Of a stretch of 64,000 bases of DNA, positions 51,121 through 64,000 are shown in pieces. Source of the stretch: Octopus bimaculoides (Eukaryota); the NCBI RefSeq assembly GCF_001194135.2, contig NC_068983.1, positions 150,389,295-150,453,294 of the forward strand. Direction: 5' to 3'. Position 1 is the first letter of the stretch. Each line of letters opens with the position of its first letter. Made by a program: the position numbers and the translations under genes. Under the pieces are notes generated by a model, which was given only the letters and a program-made list of their open reading frames with translations, did no database searches and was not told the origin of the DNA.

Positions 51121-51764
51121 ATCATCATCATCATCATCATCATTTAACGTCCGCTTTCCATGCTAGCATGGGTTGGACGATTTGACTGAGGACTGGTGAA
51201 ACCGGATGGCAACACCAGGCTCCAATCTAATTTGGCAGAGTTTCTACAGCTGGATGCCCTTCCTAACACCAACCACTCAGAGAGTGTAGTGGGTGCTTTT
51301 ACGTGTCACCCGCACGAAAACGGCCACGCTCGAAATGGTGTCTTTTATGTGCCNNNNNNNNNNNNNNNNNNNNNNNNNNNNNNNNNNNNNNNNNNNNNNN
51401 NNNNNNNNNNNNNNNNNNNNNNNNNNNNNNNNNNAAGCCAGTCTAGGGGCACTGGCAACGATCTCACTCGAAAATCCTACGGGAGCCAGTCAGGCGGTAC
51501 TGGCAACGGCCACGCTCAAAATGGTGCATCTCGTGCCACCCGCACAAGAGCCAGTCCAGGGGCACTGGCAACGATCTTACTTGGCTTGCCGGGTCTTCTC
51601 ACGCACAGCACATTTCCAAAGGTCTGGGTCAGTAGTCATCGCCTCGGTGAGGCCCAATGTACGAAGGTCTTGCCTCACCACCTCAGCCCAGGTCTTCCTG
51701 GGCCTACCTCTTCCATGGGTTCCCTCAACTGTTAGGGTGTGGCACTTTTTCACGCAGCTATCCT
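51121..51764 (-). mobile_element. RTE LINE copy (ORF C-terminus and 3'UTR), sense to MAP2K4
   Basis: Reverse complement of EDSCVKKCHTLTVEGT.GRGRPRKTWAEVV..., hairpin modules, ATC repeat tail; N gap at 51354-51434. Confidence 0.92.
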
Positions 51765-52519
51765 CTCAAGATATTTTCAAGTTGATTAGTTATTGATTCA
51801 AATATTATCCCTAGCACTGTACTTTGTTTTTAGAAGGGCAATGTGGATGTCTTACACATTACTTATTTGCTAATAGAGGACTTAAGAATATAGAAGCTAT
51901 TAAAAATATTCAGGCAAGATACTGTTATGCAGCCAAAACTTAACTGACAACATAACAAGTAAGATCAAGTAGGAGAAACATTAAGTTTCTTAAGTTAGCT
52001 ACAGATCATCATCTTACTGTCACTAGTTGCAAAGCAGATAAGAATCACCCCACCCCACCCCACCAAATACTGATCTTTTAAGTAAGGATCTGGAATTTTT
52101 CTGCCCCTATTTACTTAGAATAGAGAAGGGGAGAAAAAAAATAGCAGATGAGTATGTTATGCAGGAGCAAACTTGCTGAAGCTAAAATGTAGCCTGGAGA
52201 CCAGCAGGTCAAAATGTTGTCTGCTTGCAGTGCTCTGATAAGTATTTATATGGAAATTCTACAAAAGTATCCTTTCTCCAAAGTAATCTTGCAGATAGCT
52301 TAATCAGTCCAGAGCAAGTTCACCATTACCATTGTCTATATGACCTGATTACTATGTTGGGTATTTAACATAAGCTAATACCTAAAATCAATGCCAATAT
52401 ATACTTTTTATTCAGAATGATAAGTTATTTTTCCTAACCTCAGTTACATTAAAAGGGGTACAAGAAATGTTCTACTTACACAGATATTCAGTTAAACAAA
52501 AATTCAACTGATATGTGTT

Positions 52520-52874
52520 ATTTAAAGAATGTAGTTGTGTAAAACCAGAACAATGCGAGAAGGTACAAAGTAAACTACAAATTGAAAAGAAAACAGAACA
52601 AAGTTGCAGTTTTACCTTGTATTTCTATATTTTGGAGTGAAGACCTCTTCTTCAGGACATTTGGAAAAGCGGTAGTTGGGAAAAGTTTGTTGCTTACTGA
52701 GCAATAAATTTTTTCCAACCACTGCTTTTCTGAATGTCCTGAAGAAGAGGTCTTCAACCCAAAATATAGAAATACAAAGTAAAACTGCAACTTAGTTCAG
52801 TTTTCTTTTCAATTTGTAGTTTATTTTGTACCTTCTTGCATTCTGCTGGCTTTACACAACTACATTCTTTAAAT
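52520..52874. repeat. 355-bp near-perfect palindrome (hairpin MITE-like)
   Basis: Arms of ~175 bp align without indels; about 18 mismatches by hand count (~90% identity); centre TTGCT-TACTG-AGCAA at ~52697. Confidence 0.93.
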
Positions 52875-52947
52875 TATTCAAATAAATATATACTTATAAC
52901 ATGGAAACTGAAATATGAATGTAAAATATATAAATCAAGAGACTTAC

Positions 52948-53061
52948 TTTCACAGCCATTACTGTTTCACTTTCTCTGTGTACCATTTTATTGACTGTAC
53001 CATAGTTACCTTGACCAATTAATCCGAGATCTTTAAGATCTTCGGCTGTGAATTGATAACT
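52948..53061 (-). CDS. MAP2K4: MAP2K4 exon (Gly-rich loop, VAIK lysine)
   Basis: SYQFTAEDLKDLGLIGQGNYGTVNKMVHRESETVMAVK|GTAAGT, 114 nt. Confidence 0.97.
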
Positions 53062-53860
53062 CTGAAAGACACAAAATAAGACATTGAAAACAAGTATATC
53101 CCAACTTGATACTAGGTGATAGCTCTTCATTGATATTCTAGTTCAGGAAATTTATAGTTTATGAAGGGTTACTTAAACATGCACACATTTTAGTATATAT
53201 ATATATTTTGTCATTATAAGATATAAGAGTTTTGACCAAAATTTGAAATTAGTTTTTAAAAAATGTCTTGGCACAAAGCTAATTCAGTATTTTTCTCAGA
53301 CATATTTTCAGCTATGAGTTTTTTTTCTTCTTATGTTTGTAAAACCAAACGTATGCATGTTGGTAGGAAATGAGGAATGGTTTGAATAGTCTTCATCTAC
53401 TTTTACAGCCTTCCACCACACTTTTCATTACTTCAAAAAAGACCCTTGACCGAAATTCCATAACTCACCTCGTTTTTTTTTGCAGCGCACATACTTTATT
53501 TCAGAGAATTATACGAGATAACATTAGATGTACTTTTTAAGTGTAAATGTCAAATGCACTGGCTATTAGATGCAAGGTCGATGATGACGAAGTTGATGAC
53601 CTTTATCTCAGAAGTTCAGCAACTCAACAATTAAAAACACACTTATTAGACCTACCTCTAAATCCAAATTTTTAATTAAAAACTCAGATAAATATTATTA
53701 CTTAATTTTCCTTTAAACTGATTGAAACAGTTTATCTATGTCCTGCATAATGAGGTACAACAGAGCCTTAGCAGGTTCAGTGGTTATATCTGAAGAGGTT
53801 ATTATGAACACAGTATATATTATCCACTGAGGTATTACTGAAATAGTTATATTGTATCTA

Positions 53861-54207
53861 CTCTTTTACTTGTTTCAGTCATTCGACTGCGGCCATGCTG
53901 GAGCACCGCCTTTAGTCGAACAAATCGACTCCAGGATTTATTCTTTGGAAGCTTAGTACTTATTCTATCGGTCTCTTTTGCTGAACCACTAAGTTACGGG
54001 GACGTAAACACACCAGCATCAGTTGTCAAGCGATGGTGGGGAGACAAACACAGACACACAAACATACATATATATACATATATATGACGGGCTTCTTTCA
54101 GTTTTCGTCTACCAAATCCACTCGCCCAAGGTGCCATGCAGTGGGACTGAACCCGGAACCATGTGGTTGGTAAGCAAGCTACTTACCACACAGCCACTCC
54201 TGCGCCT
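53861..54207 (-). mobile_element. tRNA-derived SINE, family B (second copy, ~40-bp central deletion)
   Basis: Colinear with 42871-43256 except that the ...CACAAGGCTTTGG...GAAGACACTT segment is missing. Confidence 0.9.
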
Positions 54208-55566
54208 ATAATCTATGGATGTTATAACTTATATTATCAATTATTGATCAATGGATTTTATTACTCAATTAAGGAAAGATAGTTTTCTGATTTACTACTG
54301 GTTGAGACAAACAAGAAACCTGAATACTTTTTCACAAGATCAGGGATTAAAATTTTGGATTATGATTTGTAAAATCAGATTGAAAATTAAGTTCCATGAC
54401 ATGCAATTGGGTAAAACTGAACAGGAGGTGGTTACAATTGCATGAGATTAAATTGAGATGATTAGTCTGGGGTAGAATGCTTAGTTAATATTGTAGGTAT
54501 TGTTATGTTAAGATGTTCAGAAGAAAAAATTTTCAAAAAAGTTTCTAAATGAATTATTAAATTGATATGTTTGAATGGTACAGTTCTTGTAAAGAACTGT
54601 TAATAGCATTATTATCTTTAGTTCTTGAAATACAGAGAGTAAACCTGATACACATGCAAAAGTTGATGAGGGTCAGAATTTTGGTAATGTTTTATAACAG
54701 AAATAAATGCATATATGTTTAGGTATATGGCCAGAACAAGTAAAAGAGTGTGTCTATGTGTGTGGGAGTTGGATATTTAAAAAAATTAACAGTGTATATT
54801 TTTCAATGCAAGTAAGTAGGATTGGACATATGAAAAAATGGATGTTGACCATGGATCTGTATCAATTAACAGCACAATAGCAATTGATATGTTTGTTTAA
54901 ATATGTGAAAAGATTTGACTTTTGGTAGTGATATGAATTAATAAATGTGTATAGGCAGTATCTATACACATGGTCAATAATATCTGTGCAAGTCATAAGT
55001 GACAAGCTTATTGTATATCTTGACATTATTACTTAGGTAAGGATTGTAAAGTTGTGGGTTCAATTCCTGAACCAGGGGATACATTCTGTTCTTGAGCATG
55101 GTACTTCATTTTACATTGCTCCAGTCACTCAGCTGAAAATGAGTACCAGCTTTCTCTCCCTCCAATTGTGCTGGGTCAAGAGGATGCCTATGCTTGTTTG
55201 CAACAGCAAATACACCTAAAACAACAAATAAATGTGTAGTAGAAACTACCAAGTCATAACCACATTGCGAGTAATGGCTAAGCACGACTGAATTATAATG
55301 AATATGAATCTTTGGTGGGTATTATATATAAATATATGCCAGTTGTTATAGCGGACATTATACAGTGTGAATTACAGCATGTGGCGGTCACTAACAGTAC
55401 CTGTTGCAGTTAAGTACAATATCTATAGAGGTTAATATGCAATTAGTTGTATATCATGGCTGTTGCATTGTTGTATCTGTTGTGTTTATACAGAATTCAA
55501 TTAGATGAAACATCCTGTGAAACAGTGATGATGATGATGATGATGATTAATAAGAAACTGACCTAC

Positions 55567-55624
55567 CTGTCTGTTTATTTGTAGTTTACCCGCAGAAGTC
55601 ATTCCATAAGAACGTAGACGTTCT
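55567..55624 (-). CDS. MAP2K4: MAP2K4 most 5' exon recognised (not in ORF track)
   Basis: TTTTAG|A-ERLRSYGMTSAGKLQINRQ|GTAGGT matches MKK4 ERLRTHSIESSGKLKISPEQ; 58 nt; phase joins the 53061 exon. Confidence 0.88.
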
Positions 55625-58600
55625 CTAAAACATTAAAAAAGAAAAGTAATATATAAAAATGTAGCAACAAAAATATCAGAAGAAAAACCATGTATAACTA
55701 TAGTTATAGAAGAATAGTAATAATGGTGAATTCACTGGATTGAGGGGGACCACCATAAATTTTGTCTCTGCATGGTATATCTTAGACAAGTTGGCCTGAC
55801 AGAATCTATGTCTCCAAACTGTATCAACAGGAGGAGTGAAATAGTACAACAACCTAATGAAATGTTTGTTAGTTTAACAGTCATGTGGTCCTGTGATTGC
55901 TTACATCTATAAAAGAAGTTGTTCCTATTCTGCAGTACTAGATGGACAGACTGATTTAAGTTTTAGTATCTCAGATAAGGAAACAATACGGTACCAATAC
56001 TAGGAGATGGACCTCCAATTTCTTGTATGGTGGTCTTGTATTCTTTGACCTAACTATTTGATTTTGCAAATTATGAAGTAAAAAGAAAAAGTTATTGCAA
56101 GAGCATCAACATAGAACACATAGTGAAATGGTTGTTATTATTATAATATTCATCAGTTCAGACATTTGATGTTCTTCAGCACCAGGATATTCCTTCAGTA
56201 GCACTGGCACTAGAATATTCCTTCACTAGCATCAGGATAATGAAACACTGTTCACTTGTGATTTCTACATCAGTTATCTTCAGAGCTAAGTAACCTAAAA
56301 CTGTTCTTTGATATTTATTGTACAAATTTGTTGTCTCTTCACAATACCACTGTTCAACCTTTTCTCACTTTAAGCAGTTGTAATGTTATAAATGCCATTC
56401 ATTCAACATGTACAACTCTCATAAGACAACAAAGTTGTCTTTATGTGATCATATGATCTGTTAGAAATACCAGCTAAATTACAGACAAATCGCACCCCCA
56501 TTGTCTTAGAAAGGAAGCACACACTGGATATTGTGGCCCTAAATATGCAAAAGCTAAAATGATCATTGCTGGAATGTCTAATAACCCTCTGGTAATAATT
56601 CTAAAAGAAGAAGAAGAAGCCGCAACATCTGTTTTTCCCCAGTGGGATAGTTCAATTGTGTTTCCAAACAGTCTTCCACACATTGAAACCGTGATGGTGA
56701 AAATAAAGACTTTCAGATAAAGAGTCCAACAACGAAGGGAGTTAACTTTTCATTACTAACAGACATAAATTATTCCTCTTGCATTGTGTCCTCAAAGAAA
56801 ATGTCAAGGGTGTTCCGTTTTCAATTCTATAATAAAAAATCTCTCACTCACATACAAAGAAACCAAAAATAAGAAAAACATTTATTGTATTTATTGTTGA
56901 AGAGAATGGTGAGTAACTAGTAAGTCATCATATAAGAGTCGTGAAAGCTACTGTGCCTTTGACAGGAAGGCAAAGGATAAAATAGTTATATAGGGTTAAC
57001 ATTATAAAGGATCAATCACAGATACTAATTTTGTCATGAGTAATTAACTAATGCACAAAAAAATCAACCAATAACCATAATGTTAATTACTTTCTATTGT
57101 AAAATGAAAGTGAGCATTATAATATAATATATAATAAATATATATCTATATGTACTATAATGGAGAAAGCTCCTTATTAATTAGGTATATAACAATTACT
57201 AAAGGGTTGACTATCTGGAAATATCTTTATAAATTCATGTTCTAAGAAATTTCCTATTATTTTGATTTTTCAAGTTTATTTAATTTTTAAACTCCAATTT
57301 CTTGCAAATTTAAATATTCATTGCATTCACTGCATCCAGTTCTTCACAAATTTAAATATTCATTGCATTCACTGCGAGATATTCCATTCTCTTTTGCAAA
57401 GTCTCTCACTTTCTCTTTAAAGTTTTCATTCACTATTCGAAAGACCGACAGTTTATTCTATTAAGGTATATGTAATGTAAAAACATAATTTATTGAATGA
57501 AAATTTTTTAAAATACCTGTATAATTTTTAAACACGGGATAGCTGTGAGAAGAGTCTTGGAAATTGGGTAATTACTATTAGAAGATGATGAGAAAAAAAT
57601 CTAGTTAACCAAACCTGTGGATCAAAATATTCCCCTCACTACTTGGTAACTAAAGCAACTTTGTCATAGGTACAACATACCTTGACAGAAGCTTCTAAAT
57701 TAACTCTGTAAACTGAGATCCAGCTAACTGTACTTTTAGTTTAATTCTATTTCAGATTTGATATTATGGTTCTTTATATTGCTCTAAGTTTTTCATATGG
57801 AATTTTCATGCTGACAAAAACTGCTTCAGCAACTTTCAATGTTTGCATGAATTAAGCACATTTTGAAATTTATTTTTAACATACTGGGAGTCCTTTCTAA
57901 AGACTTGAGCACCCAACTATAAAAAAAGACAAAATGTTTGTAGGTAAGTGAAATCACTCACACTCACCTCCATAAACCACTTAACCAACTACAATAACAA
58001 TTATATAGTTAATTATATACGATAATTTAGTAAATTTACTTTGCTAATGCATATCTACAACTCTAATTATCAGCCAAGATTCTAATTACAAATTACAATA
58101 TGAGCTAAAAAAAAAGCAAACAAAACAGAAACACACAAAAAAAAAAGTCAGAACTTAAAATATATATACATGCCAGCAGTATAATAAGCATGTAAGTCAA
58201 ATTATAGTGTGTATGAGAATTGAAGGTTATAGGCTATACAAATTGTCAAGTAGGTGAGAGAAATTTACTGCAGGAGCAGAGCACTAGATTGACACTTTAA
58301 CAGATTACCATGCACCACACCAAAGATCTGTTACATTTTCTTAAAATGAATTAAAAAAAAAAAGAAAAGAAAGAAATGGTAGATATACTTGTCTTTTCCA
58401 GAGCTATAATAAAGCACTTGTGCATGGTATGAACCAGAAGCTGGTAGTACTATAACTTTACATAATTATTTCACCTTTATAGCATTCTGATACAACAAAA
58501 CATTGTGGAAATTCTGAAGGTACAAAGCATGTTCAGCAACTTCAGAGATACTAACTAGAAACCCCATAAGAGAATATATCATCAGACCAATAATGTTAGC

Positions 58601-59966
58601 AAACAGAAGTGTATTTTTCACTGATATAACTAGCACACTCAGGTGGCTTTAAACAAAGGTAACTCCTTATTAAACTTTTTGTTACTGAAATACTGTGAAA
58701 ACCAGGCTGGCTAGTTTGAATTAGCATGGAGATCTGCAACATATGGTGATAAATTAAAACTTAGTAAAAGTTTCAGACATTTTAACAATATTTTTTTTCA
58801 AATTCAATACCATATTTTCCCGTATACAAGTTGATGTATATAATGCAAACATTCAAACATTGTCACTATCTTTTCAAATCCTGCTGCATTTCACATTGAA
58901 ATTTTAGTCCTCTAAAATCATCTTGGTGTATAAGTTGATTTACCTTTTAGAGCTGTAAAAGTTTGGTCTAAAAAAATCAACTTGCATGCTGCAAAATACA
59001 GTATGGCAGTTTTATATTTTATTGGAGACCCACTTCTATATATTTACAGTTTCAGTCCTATTTTACCTTCTTGGCACTATATATGGCATAACTTTTATTA
59101 ATCGACAAGCCATGCATTGCAGTCTTTAGGTGTCTCTCTTTTTTTTTTTATTCTGAATTCAAATCTGAGGTTAAATTTGCCTTTTAATCTTCCTGGTGTT
59201 GATTAAGTACCAGCCAAGCACTGAGGCTGATTTAATTAAATGTATGCTAACAACTGAATTGTGATCTTATGCCTATGTTGGAAATTAATATAAATTTAGA
59301 CATTTATTTAAATATTATGGTACCAGGTATTTTGATAGTAGGATGTCTGACCAGCTTCTACATTAACCTCTGCATTGATCATACCATTCATGAGGGTCTG
59401 CAAAGGCTATGGACACTAACCTTTTCCTTCAGACCTTCTAAGTTTATTGAGATAACAAAGGAGCCTCTACATAGTTACTTGACTTGCCAAAAACAACAGT
59501 TCAAATCACATTCTTCAATCTTAAAAAAAAAAAAGAAGACACTGGCTAATGTAGTTCTTAAAATAGGAAGAGAAGGTCACAGCTGAAAATCAGTGCTGAT
59601 CAGGAACTGAACAACAACAAACTAATAAAGGTGTCTCTATACAGTCACTTGATCTGGTAAAAATAACAAGCAAATTTCACTCAAATCACAAACAACATCT
59701 TACAAAAATGAAGGACACACTGAATTATGTTATCCTAAATACACTATATCTACCTGAAAAATAAGTGGGGCTGCTTAATCAGAGCTGACAAAGGCTAAAC
59801 AACAAAAACTGTGATGTATGATTGGAGTCTGTTTCGATGTAGAATAATGAGATTTAGTTAAAAGAGTTTAATTTCATAGTTGGAAGCAAATTTTGAACCA
59901 ATTTCCAACAATGTGGTTAGTATGCTAAAATCTGAAATTCAAAGTAACCGATAACTGGTGGTAGTG

Positions 59967-60122
59967 TGCGTTCACTAATGTAGCTAGGAGGGGGTGGTGG
60001 TGGTGGCACTTTCCATCCTGTTGTAGGCAACAGCTGTAGGCAATATATGTTTTTTTTGTAGGTTCCGGAAAACGGAAGAGCTGCCCCAGGTGGCACACAC
60101 ACTAGCTACGCTAGCGTGCGCA
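59967..60122. mobile_element. Small MITE-like element with imperfect 21-bp TIRs
   Basis: TGCGTTCACTAATGTAGCTAG vs reverse complement of the right end TGCGCACGCTAGCGTAGCTAG (16/21); GC-rich interior. Confidence 0.55.
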
Positions 60123-60751
60123 TTGCCAAAACTCTATAAAACTTTAGAGGAAAAAAAAAAATTTGAAGTTGATTTGTCATGTTTAATTGTTTTGGACCTT
60201 AAACAGACAACCACATCAGTAGTTAACTGATCTCTATAGGCTGTGATTAGTGTTAAGAATGACATACAGCTATAACTCCCTCACCCTGTACCAGCTCCAG
60301 TTATACACTGATGTGTAAAAAGGAATAATGAACAATATATGACATTGTGACCACACCTTCTGTCAATGTGGTGACATATGTTCAATATCTGATAGGTCAG
60401 CTTAACACATGCAAGTATGAAATAACAAAACTTTTAAAGAACATCAAGAAAAAGTTGCAAAAAGAATAACAATGATCATTGACAATATGATGACAATGAC
60501 AACAATGCGAGAACTATGATAATATAGTAACTACAGGAGCTATACAATAACTATAATCATGATAAGACTATGATATAACTACAACAACATGATAAATATG
60601 ATGATATGATATGCAATGACAATACAGTAAATATAATGATGATGAATGTATTTTTTGGTGTTGTTAATTAACTTGTTAAAAAACAACAAAAAAAAAACAT
60701 TTACTGATAGTGGGACTCTATACATAAAGTAGAGTGAAGTTTTATCAATAA

Positions 60752-62207
60752 ATAGCTGAATTACCCAGTGTTGCCCAGGTTACTGCTGTTCTTATTCAGA
60801 TTAGTAAACAATAAATATGAAGATTTATTTTTTTTTTTTCTCATAATTATTTCAAAATATCTATATTTTATTAAAAAAAATATCCAAATTGTAATGATAA
60901 TAGAATTTAAAACTGAAAATCTGTCAATCTTGATGCACCTCAGGGTAAACTACATTCATTGTGTAATTTTTTGTTGGTGTCCAAATGAATAAATTGTTGC
61001 TGCTTCCAACTTGCAAGCAACCAACATAGAGTTGGCCGTGGGAGAAACATGTAGAGGAGAGATGAAGTCCTACAACCTGGAGGGATTGACTCTGAGATTT
61101 GTTAACTGAAATACCAAAACTTAGTTTGACTGGAAACTGAAGCCTCTTAAATTCAAATGGAACATCTGTAAGTACGAGAGGAAATTTTGGAATAAAGACA
61201 TTTTCTCCTTTGTGACTACCTGTTATGATTGTTGCTTGTAGGACATGGGGCTTTATGGAAGTAACAATTAAGCAAGTTGCATTACGCTGTGAGGTGGGTC
61301 AAGATTCCCAAGCAACATAATGGGAGTATCCAACTTTAGTGTCAAGTGGCATCCTAGTGGGTTTAAATGTGTTCAGAAATTCAACAGGGTATTGAATAGC
61401 CTGATCTTGATCCACTGTAGTGTGAATTGATGGAAAAGTCATTTCTGATGTATCTGTTAACTTTTGAAGAAGTTCATGATTAAGTTTATCAACCATTTCA
61501 TAAGTTGGAGCCAGTATAGCTCTTTCACAATCAGTTTACATTAGTGTAATTGACAATCACACTTTCACTCACTCACTCACACATACACTGACACATATAT
61601 ACACTCACATGTATAAAGACAGAGACACATAGACATACATTTACATAACAAACGTGCAAACACACACACACTCACTCACAGACACATACTCATATACAAA
61701 ATGTCATCACAGTAGTAGTATGAAATGTCCTTTACTATCTTGTACCTAACAAATGCATACATACACACACGTTCAGATACAAAATGTGACATTGTCGTTG
61801 TCATCACGGTATAAAATGTCCTTTACTATCTCATATGTATCAAACACACAACTGCACACACTCATAGACACATACACACTCAGATACAAAATATATCATG
61901 GTGGTGGGGGTATAAAATGTCCTTTACTATGTCGTATGTAATGAACATGCAAACACACACACACTCATATACAAAATGTAATGTTGTGGCGGTGGTATAA
62001 AATGTACCTAACTACAGTTGCCTATAGAAAGATTATTTTCAGAAAAATGTTATATTGTTTTAATCCAAATGAAAATAAAAATTACATGCTGATACTCGTG
62101 GGGGTCTAATACTATTACCTTGTAAAATTTGATTTGATTTGGTCAAGCCATTTGAGAATGCATAGTGAACAGACAGAGAGAGACAAAGAATTTTATATAT
62201 AAAGAGA
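60752..62207 (-). mobile_element. Internally deleted Helitron with both termini and a PIF1 helicase C-terminal remnant
   Basis: 5' A|TCTCTTTATATATAAAA at 62207. Minus 61496-60924 gives QYPVEFLNTF.P..MP, PIMLLGNLDPP and RLQFPVKLSFGISVNKSQSQSL..VGL.L...CFSHGQLYVGC. Subterminal hairpin ACCTGGGCAACACTGGGT, then CTAT|T at 60752. ~110-bp internal tandem units at 61660-62030. Confidence 0.82.
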
Positions 62208-63684
62208 TATTGATTTGACTAGGAACTCAGGTTTTGCTCTTAATGGCTTATTTAACCAGCAAATGATGATAATACATTAACAATGGTGATATGATAACTA
62301 TAATGATGATATGATAACTATAATGATGATATGATGTGATATGAAGATGCAATTAACAATGCTGATGAATACGATGAAACTAGAATAAATATGACAATAC
62401 AAGAGTAGTAAAGATGATACCAATGTAATAACAATGAAGTGGTTGAAAATTATGATGATTTGTTAATTATGTATAAAGTATGAGACAAGTGTAGTTACAG
62501 ATCTTAGTTTGGGATACCCTTTGTACTTTTATCCCCTAATTTATTAAACTTCAACTTATATATTTTTTCATTACTAGCTTTTCTTTGTAGATTCTTATCC
62601 ACATGAGTTTATAGATGATCCAGGTGTCACTACTCCACCTTTATTATGCACACTCATTTTAGTAAATACAATCAAACCAACATGAAAGATTAAGTAAATC
62701 TTCATGAAATTTGAAAACATAATCATGATTTAAAGAAATAAATGTAAAGTCAAATAATCTTCCTCAAATCTCTATACTGAATTAATCCAAACCAGGCTAT
62801 TGTAGTTATCCCTACCCCCCAGACAAGAAAAGCCTATAAAAAGCCAAGGATGCTTTCTCTTCTATACAGAATAACTTTTTTTCTTTTTTTTACTATTTTA
62901 CATATTTTTTGAGAGTTGGTGTAAATGTCACCCCACTCAACACATCAATAAATTTTGACATTGTATTGTTGGAACAATTGATTTTTTTTTTCTTTACAGT
63001 TGGTTATTCCTTTATATTATTCATCAGTGACGGGAAGTTTCTTACTTGTTTGTCAACTAGGCAGACTTAGCAGAAACAATGTGACTTGTTCAGGGCAGTC
63101 AGTAGTAGCAGCAGTGCTTCTACATCAGAAAGTATTTTACACTAAGTCAGGCTATTTTACCTCAATACCAAGCGGATTTAAGGTTAGAATATTACATGTA
63201 GCAGTTGACTGAACATTGTTGTAAATAGTTTCATAGAATAAAGAAGTGCAGGCATGGTTGAGTAGTTGTGAAGTTCACTTCATAATCACATGGTTTCAGG
63301 TTTGGTCCTACTGTGCTGCACTTTGGGCAAGGATCATCTACTATAGCTTTGACTAATGTTTTGTAAATGGAATCAATAGATGGAAACTAAGAGGAGGCCA
63401 TTGTAATTGTGTGTGTACTCATTAACATAATTTCAACAAAATATGGTGTCTTCGTTAGCTTTCTCAAGTAAGGAAAAATCTTGTAGTTTCAGCAACTTTA
63501 TTGTTTTTGATGTGTGAAGATCAAGGGAATGAAAATACTTTTACTTGGAAAACAAATAAGTGTTTGCAATAGAAAGAATATCCAACCACAGAAAATCTGC
63601 CTGATGGAAAAACCACATGCTAGAAAGATGATGATGATGATGATGAAAGACGGATAAAATATTGAGTGATGTAAACTGCTGATG

Positions 63685-64000
63685 TCATCATCATCATCAT
63701 CATCATCGTTTAACGTCCGCTTTCCATGCTAGCATGGGTTGGACGATTTGACTGAGGACTGGTGAAACCGGATGGCAACACCAGGCTCCAGTCTGATTTG
63801 GCAGAGTTTCTACAGCTGGATGCCCTTCCTAACGCCAACCACTCAGAGAGTGTAGTGGGTGCTTTTACGTGTCACCCGCACGAAAACGGCCACGCTCGAA
63901 ATGGTGTCTTTTATGTGCCACCCGCACAAGCCAGTCCAGGGGCACTGGCAACGATCTCGCTCGAAAATCCTACAGGAGCCAGTCAGGCGGTACTGGCAAC
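63685..64000 (-). mobile_element. RTE LINE 3' end, runs off the window
   Basis: TCATCATCATCGTTTAACGTCCGC... nearly identical to the 51.1 kb copy. Confidence 0.92.

Noticed and set aside
53460-53520. Strong donor-like AG|GTGAGT on the minus strand with nearby CpGs (possible alternative first exon of MAP2K4)
   Set aside because: No acceptor, ORF or promoter evidence from sequence alone.
58300-58420. Possible MAP2K4 micro-exons beside a polypyrimidine tract
   Set aside because: Weak donors and no homology support; cannot be distinguished from background.
63140-63230. Minus-strand STATCNILTLNPLGIE faintly like human MKK4 STARFTLNPNPTG
   Set aside because: It ends in phase 0 whereas phase 2 is required, and it has no docking motif; likely chance.

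Overview
AT-rich eukaryotic (animal) genomic DNA with five N gaps. The repeat content (tRNA-derived SINEs, RTE LINE 3' ends with (GAT)n tails, long TA/CA microsatellites) suggests an octopod cephalopod; this is inferred, not verified. Two spliced genes are well supported. PSMD12/Rpn5 is complete on + (11 coding exons, 8038-23052, 454 aa). MAP2K4/MKK4 is convergent on - (10 coding exons found, 55624-41777); its N-terminal exon(s) were not found and probably lie beyond base 64000. A probable first coding exon of an unidentified third gene lies on - at 1458-1520. The rest is introns and intergenic DNA full of mobile elements: at least 9 young RTE LINE copies (one with an intact PHD-finger/RT C-terminal frame), three SINE families, a hAT element with 8-bp TSD and a nested MITE, a foldback Tc1/mariner derivative, an RT-deleted Tx1/L1-like element, a Tigger fragment and a Helitron with both termini. 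The most unusual items are a tRNA-Thr(CGT)-like cloverleaf enclosed by 39-bp inverted repeats, a 5S rRNA copy fused to an RTE endonuclease fragment, and a 355-bp near-perfect palindrome beside a MAP2K4 splice donor. No prokaryote-type system (CRISPR, operon) is present, and nothing here proves a new biological system; the novel candidates are hypotheses to test.
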